Shown piece after piece: positions 50,500 to 60,879 of a stretch of DNA of 64,000 nt. Within the stretch, counting starts at the first letter, position 1, and the number at the start of each line of letters is the position of its first letter. Source of the stretch: a virus (taxonomy: Duplodnaviria; Caudoviricetes); IMG/VR virus record IMGVR_UViG_3300014203_000001, positions 96,001 through 160,000 of that record; one strand, given 5' to 3'. The position numbers and the translations under genes are program-made. The notes beneath the pieces were generated by a model. The model saw nothing but the letters and a program-made list of their open reading frames with translations. It did no database searches and was not told where the DNA came from.

Positions 50500-51099
50500 C
50501 TAGTTAGTTAATCTGCCAATAGCAACACCAGCAACTGTACCCCATATTGTATTTTGCAATTTTTGTCTTTTAAGAACATCTTTATCATGTTCTAATAATA
50601 GTCTTTGGTTCTCGTCTTCTAGTATACGATTAGCAATCTCCCGTTTAACAATAGCATCGATATCTATAGTAGTGGATGATTTCTGCGTAACTACGAATTT
50701 ACCATCTACAATTTCTTTTCCATCTGTAGTTTTGGTAGCTAATTCTTCAGTCTTGCCATTATACGTAACAGAAACAGGATCAACTGTACTTGTCATCTCC
50801 AAACCAGAATCCTTTTTCGATTCTTTCTCTACATATTGAATTTCAGTAACAGTATCACCTTTAACTAATTCTTTTACTGGTGTTTTAGCTTTCTTCTCCG
50901 CTAATGCTTGAGCAATAACTGCATCTTCTTTCTCTTTAACGATAGAAGAATACTGAGCCTTGAAATTAGTATAATCTTCATTTAGTGTATCATATTTAGC
51001 ACTATAATATTTAGCAGTAAAATGATATGTAACCAGCGAACAAAGCACTGCCGTTACTAATGCTATAATCAGATATGTTTTATTAATTGTGATTGCCAT
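50500..51099 (-). CDS. Membrane-anchored coiled-coil protein (spanin-like topology)
   Basis: N-terminal TM, coiled coils, C-terminal hydrophobic WGTVAGVAIG; AACA-N6-TA at 51123-51134. Confidence 0.65.
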   Translation of the reverse strand: MAITINKTYLIIALVTAVLCSLVTYHFTAKYYSAKYDTLNEDYTNFKAQYSSIVKEKEDAVIAQALAEKKAKTPVKELVKGDTVTEIQYVEKESKKDSGLEMTSTVDPVSVTYNGKTEELATKTTDGKEIVDGKFVVTQKSSTTIDIDAIVKREIANRILEDENQRLLLEHDKDVLKRQKLQNTIWGTVAGVAIGRLTN

Positions 51100-51140
51100 T
51101 TTGAATACCCCCATTTATTTTTTACCTACATGTTTTCCAT

Positions 51141-51707
51141 TTATATTACTATAGGGATGATTTTTTCATATAGCTTATATCCCCCTCTATTTACATACAC
51201 ATCTATAGGAAACTTATCAATATCACCATTTCTATCTACATATAGTTTACCTTTTAGTTCGAAGTTGGTAGCTATAACAAATCCTAATTTTATAGGCTTA
51301 CCTACTTCTACCCTGCAAACTACAGATATTATGATAGATTTATATCTATCTATTTTTATATTTTTCTCATATCCAATATGGAAGGCATCTATTACATTCT
51401 CGGATATAGATTTTTTAGTATTTATATCAAAGTCTCTATGAAGTTCTTTATATTGAATTATATGATTATACTTTTCATCTCGTCCTGATATTTTAATATC
51501 GTCTATACTAAAGTCTAATGTATCGCCTAATACAGTAAATATACCATTATCTATATCGAAAGAAATTTTACTATCTTTACTTACCAATCCGAACTCTTTT
51601 AATTTATCTTTATCTATAGAATAGAAATCATTTTCTTTATCATCTTCTAATTCATATACTATAGATCCATCGTTATATTTAGCAAACCACATAAATTTTT
51701 GTTCCAT
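51141..51707 (-). CDS. Hypothetical protein
   Basis: 188 aa, GGGGAG RBS. Confidence 0.75.
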   Translation of the reverse strand: MEQKFMWFAKYNDGSIVYELEDDKENDFYSIDKDKLKEFGLVSKDSKISFDIDNGIFTVLGDTLDFSIDDIKISGRDEKYNHIIQYKELHRDFDINTKKSISENVIDAFHIGYEKNIKIDRYKSIIISVVCRVEVGKPIKLGFVIATNFELKGKLYVDRNGDIDKFPIDVYVNRGGYKLYEKIIPIVI

Positions 51708-51764
51708 TATACACTCCCCTATAGATGAAATATAAGACTATGGAAAATCCATAGTCTTTATAAA

Positions 51765-52250
51765 TTATACTGAATATCCTCTTACTTGTATCTTGAATGG
51801 ATAAGTACCTTTGTTTGCATTTATTGGAACGTCAAATCTAAACTTACAATTACAATAGTTATTTCCGCTATTTGCAGTTCCATCATTAGCAGATCCCTTA
51901 ATGATATTGCCAGATGAAGATGGAACTGTTTGTGCTCTTAACGGTGCTGAAGATGACCCTCCCACTGCAGTATAAAGTTTATTCCCAATATTATCTGTAT
52001 CGGCTGTAGTTCCAACTAATACCTTTAACCATTTACCAACAGAAACATCTCCAGTTGTTCCTCCATTACCATCTAAACATGTAACTGATGCTTCTCTAAG
52101 ATCAGCTACTTCTGTAGTCCCACCTTTATTATTCCATACATTTACTTCTAATATAGAAGATGAACTATTTGCTTTAACTACACCCACACTCCACTCTTCT
52201 ACTATATTAGTATTAGTGCTATCTAATAATGAAATTATTGGTTTAGCCAT
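51765..52250 (-). CDS. Beta-sandwich structural protein
   Basis: Gly/Ser/Thr-rich beta pattern, C-terminal FRFDVP.NA.KG.YPF; AACT-N6-TA at 52266-52277. Confidence 0.65.
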   Translation of the reverse strand: MAKPIISLLDSTNTNIVEEWSVGVVKANSSSSILEVNVWNNKGGTTEVADLREASVTCLDGNGGTTGDVSVGKWLKVLVGTTADTDNIGNKLYTAVGGSSSAPLRAQTVPSSSGNIIKGSANDGTANSGNNYCNCKFRFDVPINANKGTYPFKIQVRGYSV

Positions 52251-52309
52251 ATTAATCACTCCTTTTATTAATAAGTTAAGGGTACTCTAATTAGAGTACC
52301 CTTAAAATG

Positions 52310-53536
52310 CTAATAGTTTACTTTGGTTCTATATCCACCAGTTATAAATGATAACTCTAAGCTAGAATTATCATAATAATAATTGTAGTCCGTTCCATTA
52401 ATAGCGCCTTTCCATTTACCTTGACCGTCATATTGCAGTTTAGCGTTATCAGTAAATGCAATATCTGTAGAGGCTGCAATATCAAGAGAATATCCAAATC
52501 TAATATTAGTATATCCCTTATTTATAGTCCAATCTTGCCATGGGGCAGCATTGAATGTAACTACATTCATACCCTGCGATAAGATTCTGCCCAAAGCAGT
52601 TACTGATGGGATGAATCTATTAGTATTAGTATTTGTATCGAAAGATCCATCATTTACATCAGTTGTGTCTAACACTTTACCCCATATGCTAGTATCGGTG
52701 TTATATGAATAGTATGTTACCCCGCTATCTATGCTTGCTAATAATCTTATCTTACCATTACCAGATTCATATCCAGTTGTTCCATCGTTTACATGAATCC
52801 AATCAAGATTGGAATAGGATTTAAGACTAATATCGTCTTTAGCGTGTATAAACTGTGAATTAGGAACAGAGGTTATATTCGCATTTAAAACTGGAGCCGA
52901 TGCATTGCCCCTCCAATAACATACTTTTGTATTAGCTCCTAGTTGTAATAAATACGCGTGAGTAGGACAGGCATCTTCACCTTGGTCTTTAAATAGTTGT
53001 TCTAATGTCTGGGTATCAGCTGGAATTCCTAAATCTACCCAAGATCCAGATTTACTAGAATGATAATGCCCATCAGATGTTTTGGCTAGATATTTTGTTG
53101 GATTAGGATTGTATTGTGATAAATACCCAATATCATCTATATCTATAGCATCTACCATTGTTCCGTATGAATTAACGGAGCAATCTATACTGACACTATG
53201 TTCTCCTAATGGCAATCCAGTCTTTTCAAATACTAAAGCTTGGTATATCACCCCAGTAGAAGTTATATTATAATCGTATTTAGTACCATCTATTGTAATA
53301 GTGGGTTTATCATAATACGCCGAATGCATCATTCCGATTAATCGAAATTTAGTGCCATAGAAGTTAAAAGATGCATTATATATTCCGCCACTATTGACTT
53401 GGTGGAAAGTCCCATTATAACAATTTGCATTGATCCCATATACAAAATTACTACTATATGCGATATTGATATCATTATCATCTATACGCTTCCAGCCAGT
53501 TTCTGGAAGTAATAATTGTTCTCCTATAGTTGCCAT
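52310..53536 (-). CDS. Tail-fibre/adhesin-associated protein
   Basis: MATIGEQL..PE.GWKR.DD carbohydrate-binding-like N-domain (FNFYGTKFRLIG); in the fibre operon. Confidence 0.6.
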   Translation of the reverse strand: MATIGEQLLLPETGWKRIDDNDINIAYSSNFVYGINANCYNGTFHQVNSGGIYNASFNFYGTKFRLIGMMHSAYYDKPTITIDGTKYDYNITSTGVIYQALVFEKTGLPLGEHSVSIDCSVNSYGTMVDAIDIDDIGYLSQYNPNPTKYLAKTSDGHYHSSKSGSWVDLGIPADTQTLEQLFKDQGEDACPTHAYLLQLGANTKVCYWRGNASAPVLNANITSVPNSQFIHAKDDISLKSYSNLDWIHVNDGTTGYESGNGKIRLLASIDSGVTYYSYNTDTSIWGKVLDTTDVNDGSFDTNTNTNRFIPSVTALGRILSQGMNVVTFNAAPWQDWTINKGYTNIRFGYSLDIAASTDIAFTDNAKLQYDGQGKWKGAINGTDYNYYYDNSSLELSFITGGYRTKVNY

Positions 53537-53553
53537 TTATAATTTCACTTCCT

Positions 53554-54540
53554 TTATCTGACCGTTATACTTTCAACTGATTTGAAGACAGACATATCGA
53601 TATCGCATTCAGCATATTGCCCAGTTCCAGTCCAAGTAGTATCTTTTACGAATGGATACGTATAATTAGTCTTTAATCGCATTTGACTTCCACTTCCCGC
53701 ATCAGTACCAACAAATTCTACAAAATTTGGATCGTATTTGAAAGAAGTAGCCGAACCATTATCAAATTCACTAACAGTTTTTACTATATTCTGCTCACCA
53801 GATTCAAATTTCAATACAGTTGGAGCTACAACATTGAATGTAGAAGTATATGGAGTAGGAAGAACTTTAGTAGTACCAGCTACAATATCAGATGGACTAT
53901 TCCATTGCATATTATATGAGTTTGAACCACCACTTAATAATACATCGGAGAATGTACCCATCAATACCCAAGTCCCACCAGTAATATACTTATAATAAGT
54001 TCTCAATCCAGATTGATCTTCATCTGAAGTTACAATATAAGAATATCCAATGTATGGAGTAGCATACGCCATCAAATCTGCTTTAGTTGCAAACTCTCCA
54101 CCATACGTATCCCCTGAAGTTGAGATTGGTTGCCCGTTGTAAAAGATAACATCATTCTGCTCAGTAAATTTATTTAATACCAAAGAATTCACATGAGAAT
54201 GCTTCTTAGCAACAGCATCGTCAATATCAGCTACCGAAGATGTAGGTTTATTAGTAAGATCATCGTAATTGGTAGTTCCACCTACGGCATCCTCCTCCCA
54301 GTCAGTATCAGTAGTATTACCTTCTGGGTTTGTTTTTAGGGTATATGTTTTACCATCTTCTGTTACTGATACTTTCATCAGTACTTTTCTTCTTTCCGAT
54401 GAAATAGCATTTCGTGCAGCCAGAGTTTCTACAACTCTATATCCACCTTTACCATAGATATCTTCATGAGTTGCGTACCTATCCTGATCGGTAAATGGCA
54501 CTACTGCTGCTGATACATTTGTTCCTCGTAAATTAGCCAT
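53554..54540 (-). CDS. Fibre/appendage protein (module N + Y)
   Basis: N-terminal ~85 aa paralogous to 54596..55522. Confidence 0.7.
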   Translation of the reverse strand: MANLRGTNVSAAVVPFTDQDRYATHEDIYGKGGYRVVETLAARNAISSERRKVLMKVSVTEDGKTYTLKTNPEGNTTDTDWEEDAVGGTTNYDDLTNKPTSSVADIDDAVAKKHSHVNSLVLNKFTEQNDVIFYNGQPISTSGDTYGGEFATKADLMAYATPYIGYSYIVTSDEDQSGLRTYYKYITGGTWVLMGTFSDVLLSGGSNSYNMQWNSPSDIVAGTTKVLPTPYTSTFNVVAPTVLKFESGEQNIVKTVSEFDNGSATSFKYDPNFVEFVGTDAGSGSQMRLKTNYTYPFVKDTTWTGTGQYAECDIDMSVFKSVESITVR

Positions 54541-54595
54541 TTAGCTTTAACCTCCTTAAAAATTGAAAGGAGCCACATTTGGCTCCTTTCATATA

Positions 54596-55522
54596 TTATA
54601 CAATTTCTACATTAATAGCAGCGCCAGTTTGAATACTATCTGTTCTGAAGATATCATAACTAGAGCTATGACCACTCGCATTTACAAATGCTCTAGTTAC
54701 TAAAGTCCAAGCAGAGTTGAATAATCCACCAATCTTGAACTTATTGACATCGCATGCAAATGATGTAGGGATAGCTACATATAGGTATTTACCACCAGTA
54801 GCATCTAAAGTTTTATTCATTGCTCTAGAACTAGCGAATTCACCAGTAAGAGCGATAACACCAGCATCATCCAATGTAGCAGATGCCGATACACCAACAT
54901 ATCGTTTGTTCAAGAAACGAACGTTAGTTGTTTTAGCAATAGTATGACCTTCTTGAGTAGTACCATCATCTACCGTTAAAGTATATACTGTATCTGCAGT
55001 AACAATCAATCCTTCAACAGCTATAGTTGTAGTACCAGGCTCGATAATACCAATACCATTGTCGATTGTTTGAGAAGTAACCGTTTTATTCAATGCCCAG
55101 TTAAAGTTAATTGCATTAACAGTACTACCAATCTCAACTGTATTTACATCGTTAGTAAATGCAGTGATCAATGGAGCCAAATATAATAGTTTATCCAAAG
55201 CTTCAGCCACAGTCATCACGCCATAACTAACAGCATCAGCTGTACTAGCTCCAGATCCACCAGTAACCACTTCTTCCCAATCTGCATCTACTGTAGCAGC
55301 CTCTGCAGGATTAGTAATTAATTTATAAGTTTTGCCATCTCCAACGACAGCAACAGTCATAAGAAGTTCTCTTCTATCAACTGGAATTGCATTTCTCTCT
55401 ACAAAAGTAGCGACGGTTCTATGACCACCTTTACCATATGCTGCATCATGAGTCGCAAAAGTATCCCCATCTGTAAAAGGCAACACTGTTGCCGCAACGT
55501 TAGTGCCTGCTAGATTAGCCAT
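54596..55522 (-). CDS. Fibre/appendage protein (module N + X)
   Basis: N-module shared with 53554..54540; C-module shared with 55588..57189. Confidence 0.7.
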   Translation of the reverse strand: MANLAGTNVAATVLPFTDGDTFATHDAAYGKGGHRTVATFVERNAIPVDRRELLMTVAVVGDGKTYKLITNPAEAATVDADWEEVVTGGSGASTADAVSYGVMTVAEALDKLLYLAPLITAFTNDVNTVEIGSTVNAINFNWALNKTVTSQTIDNGIGIIEPGTTTIAVEGLIVTADTVYTLTVDDGTTQEGHTIAKTTNVRFLNKRYVGVSASATLDDAGVIALTGEFASSRAMNKTLDATGGKYLYVAIPTSFACDVNKFKIGGLFNSAWTLVTRAFVNASGHSSSYDIFRTDSIQTGAAINVEIV

Positions 55523-55587
55523 TTTATTAATCCTCCAAAAATATAAATTTAAGGAATATGTATTCCTTATTTAATTGTTCTTAAATT

Positions 55588-57189
55588 CTACCCTACGACT
55601 ACAGGAATAGCGGAACCGGTTTGAATATTACCAGATCTGAATACGTCGTAGTTAGTAGTATATCCGCTAGCATTAGTAAGAGCAACAGTAGTCTTAGTCC
55701 AGTTAGAATTAGCCAAACCTCCAATTTTAAATTTAGAAGCATCTAAATTAAATGAGCTAGGAACTACAAAGTATAAGTATTTGCCACCAGTTGCATCTAA
55801 TGTCTTACTCATACTATAATCAGTAGCAAATTCAGAACCCAATCCCAAAATGCCAGCATTATCTAATACATCAAGATTTGATGCTCCCCAATAACGTTTA
55901 TTTCTAAAGTTTACTGAAGTTGATTTGGTTACAGTATTTTGAGAATCGGCAATAGATAAAGTCCAAGTGGTATCACTAGTAATATTCAGAGATGATAGTG
56001 CCTTAGTTGTAGTACCAACGGCAATGCTGCCAACTCCGTTATTAATAGACTGAGAATCTATAACTTTATTCAATGCCCAGTTAAGTGTTACTGAATTAAC
56101 AGTACTACCCATTTCAACAGTATTCACGTTATTGGTGAATGAAGTGATCTGAGGCGTAGTATATAACAAATGATCTAGTGCAGCTTTTACTGTTGTATAA
56201 GTAGAATCGTCATGTGTAACTACAGCATCTGCTAAACTAGTAGTTCCACCTGCAGAAACTAATGATTGCAAAGCTGTATCCAAATCAGCATAAGAAATTT
56301 TATCATTCGCGCCACTATTTGATTTGAATGCAAGATATGTTCTATAGCCAGTAAAATCGCCAACAGGACATGGATTATCGCATGTCTTAATAGTTAAGAT
56401 TACGGCATTATCATTTATCTTAGAAATAGAAGCATCCAGATAGTTAGCTACATAAATAAACCCATCTCCGGAAGGACAAATAGCAAATGGTCCTTTACCT
56501 ACTGGAATAGTATCACTAACTTTATCATCTTCAATTTTACTAACAGTATTGGAAGCATAATTACTTGCATAAATGCTCCCATTATCATCAGCACAAACAT
56601 CTTGTGGATTTTTACCAACCGCAATATCTAAAATCTTAGTACTACCCAATATTTTAGATATAGTATTAGATCCAACATTTGCTACCCATACGTGTTTAGA
56701 TTTATCCACACAAATACCATATGGATTGCGACCTACTTTAATATCACTTTTAGTTAGCGTATCATCAACGATCTTACTTACAGTGCTAGCTAAATAGCAA
56801 GTAACATAAACACTTCCGTCTGGTGTGATAGCAATGCCTCTAGGACCAACTCCAACTGAAATTGTTTTATCAACCTTATCATCAACAATCTTACTTACAG
56901 TATTGGATCTGAAGTTAGTTACATAGATAGCTTTGGTAATAGCATTCTGAGCAATACCCATTGGTGATTTACCAACAGGGATGTCGAGAGTTCTAACACC
57001 ATTTGTAAACTTAGATACAGTATTGGCTCCAGTGTTAACTACCCAAACATCTACCATATTCACATCAACTAGAACAGCTCTTGGAGTACCTCCAGTAGCT
57101 TCATATGCGGTAGGGAATTCATCATCCACTACGCGAAAAAGTCTAGACTTATTAGGATCTGGTATCCATAAATCACTTAAATATTTCAT
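55588..57189 (-). CDS. YVTN/NHL beta-propeller protein plus module X
   Basis: Six or more repeats of IxVGxxPxGIxxxxxGxxYVxNxxSNTVSKI; AACA-N6-TA at 57212-57223. Confidence 0.8.
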   Translation of the reverse strand: MKYLSDLWIPDPNKSRLFRVVDDEFPTAYEATGGTPRAVLVDVNMVDVWVVNTGANTVSKFTNGVRTLDIPVGKSPMGIAQNAITKAIYVTNFRSNTVSKIVDDKVDKTISVGVGPRGIAITPDGSVYVTCYLASTVSKIVDDTLTKSDIKVGRNPYGICVDKSKHVWVANVGSNTISKILGSTKILDIAVGKNPQDVCADDNGSIYASNYASNTVSKIEDDKVSDTIPVGKGPFAICPSGDGFIYVANYLDASISKINDNAVILTIKTCDNPCPVGDFTGYRTYLAFKSNSGANDKISYADLDTALQSLVSAGGTTSLADAVVTHDDSTYTTVKAALDHLLYTTPQITSFTNNVNTVEMGSTVNSVTLNWALNKVIDSQSINNGVGSIAVGTTTKALSSLNITSDTTWTLSIADSQNTVTKSTSVNFRNKRYWGASNLDVLDNAGILGLGSEFATDYSMSKTLDATGGKYLYFVVPSSFNLDASKFKIGGLANSNWTKTTVALTNASGYTTNYDVFRSGNIQTGSAIPVVVG

Positions 57190-57309
57190 ATTTTAATCCT
57201 CCTTATTATATTACTTCTATGTTTAGCAAAGTAAATATAGGAGCTACAATTGTAGCTCCTAATAAAATCATCACATTCATTTATTTAATGGTCCTTTGGT
57301 AAACGATAA

Positions 57310-57678
57310 TTATTCTTTTTTCTTTCTTCTATCATTATTATCAATTCCTTTAATCTGTTTACACAAACCAAGAATTCCATCAACCGTAGATAATTTTTCC
57401 ATTAATTGAAACCCAACAAGACCACATACAAAGGATGCAAATGTTAAGAATTTTTCACCAAACCTTTCTATAATTATATTTGACAATCCATATATAACTA
57501 AAGTAGCGGTGAAAGTTGATAGTAACACATTCGATATGGATATATGCTCTGGATGATCAGATTTCATTATACGCATATATTCTTTTCCATAGCTTCCTGC
57601 TAATGCTGTGATAATGATGAATAACAATGATGACTCTATATTAGATATACTATTCAATATCAAATCAATCATTATCAA
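57310..57678 (-). CDS. Holin-like 3-TM protein
   Basis: Three hydrophobic helices, highly basic C-terminus RRKKKE. Confidence 0.55.
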   Translation of the reverse strand: MIMIDLILNSISNIESSLLFIIITALAGSYGKEYMRIMKSDHPEHISISNVLLSTFTATLVIYGLSNIIIERFGEKFLTFASFVCGLVGFQLMEKLSTVDGILGLCKQIKGIDNNDRRKKKE

Positions 57679-57695
57679 ATGTCATCCTTTCACTA

Positions 57696-58694
57696 TTATC
57701 TATTTTTTAATTCACAGTCTTTTCTTCGTATCACCGATACTACATAGTTATTGATAATTGCAGTAAATACGATACAAAATAATAGTACAACACAAATAAC
57801 TGTATTTATAACATTAAATCTATGCTGCATTAGTTTATGATATTCATTCATCCTATCTATTAATGTATCATATTTACTCATGGTAGTTTTATGATATTTA
57901 GAGAGTATATCATTAATATTAAAACCAGCGATAATGATTATTTTAGAATTAGGATATCTAATACCGATATTATTAACATCTGGAGCACCAAAGATATCTC
58001 CATGTTGTTGAATATACACAGGTTTTAAGAACTCATATGTTTCTAATCCATCAAGCCCTTCTTGCATAAATACACTCTTCAGTTCTTTTAGATCCATCTC
58101 GACAATTGTAATATGACTCAACCTATTTGATTTTCTAAATTCCCAAAATATTGGTTTGTTAGATTGCAATAATATAGAATTGATTGCCTTATTAGCTAGA
58201 GACTTATTAGTATGCATAGCTACTTCTTGATCCCATGTTCTAAATGTAGTATCTTCTGGACTGCAATTAAGACTAAGATCGGATAATACTCCCTCTCTAG
58301 ATGCAACAAACGGATCATTGTTATCATTGTGTATATTGTTTAGATACTTTCCAGTTATTTCGCTAGCCAAAATATTATAAATTTGGGCATTTGAATTTGG
58401 ATTTTCTAGATCATATTGTAGTTTATTCTTGTCCTGATACGATGATAATATTTTAACTTCTATATTAGATCGTATTCCTCCTGCAAACGTTTCAGCATTA
58501 TTATAATTATCTATAATAATAGATTCGATTGTTTGCCATTGTAGCTCTCGAATTTCACGTACGGATTCTATATGTTTTTCTTCTTTCTGTTTGGTTTCAT
58601 CATAGCTATATAATCCTTGCAAAATTCCTAAAAATAAAAACAATAGAAGCGATGTCGCTAATATACGACTAATGTTAGATGATGCATTATTCAT
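57696..58694 (-). CDS. 2-TM membrane protein with large extracytoplasmic (sensor-like) domain and no cytoplasmic output
   Basis: TM at both ends of a ~260-aa soluble domain; AACA-N6-TA at 58744-58755. Confidence 0.7.
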   Translation of the reverse strand: MNNASSNISRILATSLLLFLFLGILQGLYSYDETKQKEEKHIESVREIRELQWQTIESIIIDNYNNAETFAGGIRSNIEVKILSSYQDKNKLQYDLENPNSNAQIYNILASEITGKYLNNIHNDNNDPFVASREGVLSDLSLNCSPEDTTFRTWDQEVAMHTNKSLANKAINSILLQSNKPIFWEFRKSNRLSHITIVEMDLKELKSVFMQEGLDGLETYEFLKPVYIQQHGDIFGAPDVNNIGIRYPNSKIIIIAGFNINDILSKYHKTTMSKYDTLIDRMNEYHKLMQHRFNVINTVICVVLLFCIVFTAIINNYVVSVIRRKDCELKNR

Positions 58695-58804
58695 TATTCT
58701 TGTCCTTTCGTATAAAATTAAATACCTAAACCTTTAAGTATTTTATTACTATGTTTTAACACCTAGCTAGCTGGAACATAAAGATAAGAAGGAGGGATGC
58801 AATT

Positions 58805-59158
58805 ATGGAAGCTCAAGATGATACCACTACTAGATCTGATATATCGTTAGAGAAAGAACCAGACTCATCAGAACAAGTTGTAGAGCCTACAGAAAAGGAG
58901 AAAATAACTAAGGGTATAAATATGGTAGGAGATTATTTACATATACCTTTATTAAAGATACTAAACGGAACTTCATTCTTTATAGTAATATACATAACGG
59001 CATGGACTCTTAATTCATTATACCCGACATTAGTACACTTCGACCTACCAGAATTGAGAGCTTTCTATATTATGCTTATAGGAAAACAAACAGCTGAGCA
59101 CACTGTTAATTCAATATTCAATAGTGCTAAAGATAAATATCCTACCAATACAAAATAA
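58805..59158 (+). CDS. Small membrane protein (holin-like)
   Basis: Hydrophobic central segments; AACA-N6-TA at 58775-58786. Confidence 0.6.
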   Translation: MEAQDDTTTRSDISLEKEPDSSEQVVEPTEKEKITKGINMVGDYLHIPLLKILNGTSFFIVIYITAWTLNSLYPTLVHFDLPELRAFYIMLIGKQTAEHTVNSIFNSAKDKYPTNTK

Positions 59159-59177
59159 TTTAAACGGAGTGATTAAA

Positions 59178-59750
59178 ATGAAAGAAGTTACCTTTATATT
59201 TGTAAACCGACAAACTACTTTAATGCATAGGCTATTTGGTATTATTATTAATGCATTTGAGCATTCTACTAATGATGCTATGTCTCATGTTGCTATTCAA
59301 TTTGATGATTTGAAAGGATACGGAGAATGCATCTTAGAAGCGACCCATATAGGAGTAACAACTGCAGAATATACTAAATATGATAACGATAAGAAACAAT
59401 GCAGAATTACCATAGGGTTAACCGATGAACAATATGCTGTACTGGAAGCTAAAGCTCTAGAGATAATTGATAGAAAATATAAATATAGCTATAAAGCTTG
59501 TATTATTGGCGGTATTGCTAACAGTGTTAGCCGTACACTTGGTAAATTCTTAGCTAGGATTTTAAAAGCCGATACTGATTCTGGAATGAATTGCTCTGAA
59601 ACTGCAATGGAACTCATACGTGAGCCATTCAAAGAGTTCTGTGATTCATGGGCAGATTCGGAGATTACCCCATACGATATTTATATTAATCTCATGATCA
59701 ACGCAGTTTATGGGTTTATTAAAATTACTAAAGCCACTAGATATAGTTAA
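59178..59750 (+). CDS. Permuted papain-like NlpC/P60 amidase (YiiX/YaeF type)
   Basis: SHVAI...LEA...GV before Y.Y...NCSE...ITPYDI (His precedes Cys). Confidence 0.7.
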   Translation: MKEVTFIFVNRQTTLMHRLFGIIINAFEHSTNDAMSHVAIQFDDLKGYGECILEATHIGVTTAEYTKYDNDKKQCRITIGLTDEQYAVLEAKALEIIDRKYKYSYKACIIGGIANSVSRTLGKFLARILKADTDSGMNCSETAMELIREPFKEFCDSWADSEITPYDIYINLMINAVYGFIKITKATRYS

Positions 59751-59885
59751 TATACAAGGTATACCATATTGGTATACCTTGCTCTTATTTGTATAAGTAC
59801 TAAGATATAAATATATATTATATAGGTGAATAGTTATCTACTTAAGCGCAAACAAATAGATAACTTAATAAGGAGGAGGGATATT

Positions 59886-60338
59886 ATGGTAAAAGAATCG
59901 GATGTTTTATATATCGGAGTGGACGCAGCTAGTGGAGATAAGAAAGGAGATCTAAGTTGTATTTCTGTAGTATCAGAAGATAGAGTTTTATTAGTTGCAT
60001 ATGGCATCACACCAAGTAGTGCATTTGATAATATTATTGATCCTTTGATCAGTATGGGAGTAGATCTACGAGATATACTCAATATCAAAAGTGGTATAGA
60101 TAAGAGAGGAAGTACAGTATATACTATACCAGTTTTAAAAGATTTCACCCAAAAATGTTTTAGAAAGTGTGAAATTAGTGGTTGTGATATGCAAGAAAAG
60201 CACTGTGGGAACAACGAATTCCCACCAATGACTAAATGCACAAGATGCCAATTTTGGTTTACTAATCTAGAAAAGAATGAGGGAAGGAAGGTAATGATAG
60301 ATGAAACGACTAATTTCAGGTGGAGCACAAGGTTCTGA
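59886..60338 (+). CDS. Early protein with terminase-nuclease-like motif and Cys-rich tail
   Basis: YIGVDAASG...DLSCISVV; six Cys near the C-terminus; early motif 59814-59829; AGGAGGAGG RBS. Confidence 0.6.
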   Translation: MVKESDVLYIGVDAASGDKKGDLSCISVVSEDRVLLVAYGITPSSAFDNIIDPLISMGVDLRDILNIKSGIDKRGSTVYTIPVLKDFTQKCFRKCEISGCDMQEKHCGNNEFPPMTKCTRCQFWFTNLEKNEGRKVMIDETTNFRWSTRF

Positions 60339-60879
60339 TACTATATTTGCTAGATGCGCTCTAAATATAGGAGTGGATGTAGATATTCACACATTCAAAG
60401 AACACAACGTAACAATACCGCCAGCTATGAAGAAACCAAACATCATAATCCATACAGAAGAAGAACTTAAGATTGCTCTTCAATATGTGAAAGAAGCTAA
60501 TAAAGTTCTTAAGAGAAGTATTCCACCTGGCTATGTTAGGAAGCTATTATGTCGAAATTATTATCAAATAGAACATAGTGATTGTGTTATCGCTACTTGT
60601 AAGCTGAATCCTAACGATACTGTAGATGGCGGAACTGGATGGGCGGTACAAATGGCTATAATGAAAAAGATACCAGTGTATATATTTGATATTAGATTGG
60701 AGAAATGGATGCGTCTAAAGGATGGCTATATAATTTGTCTAGGAGCTAATGAACTTCCAGATTTATCTCTGTATGATAATATAACTGGCATCGGATCTAG
60801 AGACGTAACATATCCAGCAACTAAGGAGATAATCAAACTCTTTGAAATTGAATTGAAAAGGAGAAGCGAAAATGAATAA
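60301..60879 (+). CDS. Circularly permuted YpsA-like SLOG protein
   Basis: LISGGAQGSD, RN....SD, GGTGWAV..A...IPV, TGIGSR. Confidence 0.7.
   Translation: MKRLISGGAQGSDTIFARCALNIGVDVDIHTFKEHNVTIPPAMKKPNIIIHTEEELKIALQYVKEANKVLKRSIPPGYVRKLLCRNYYQIEHSDCVIATCKLNPNDTVDGGTGWAVQMAIMKKIPVYIFDIRLEKWMRLKDGYIICLGANELPDLSLYDNITGIGSRDVTYPATKEIIKLFEIELKRRSENE

Noticed and set aside
54596-56200. Diversity-generating retroelement TR/VR pair
   Set aside because: Paralog differences affect all bases, not only adenines, and no reverse transcriptase is seen.
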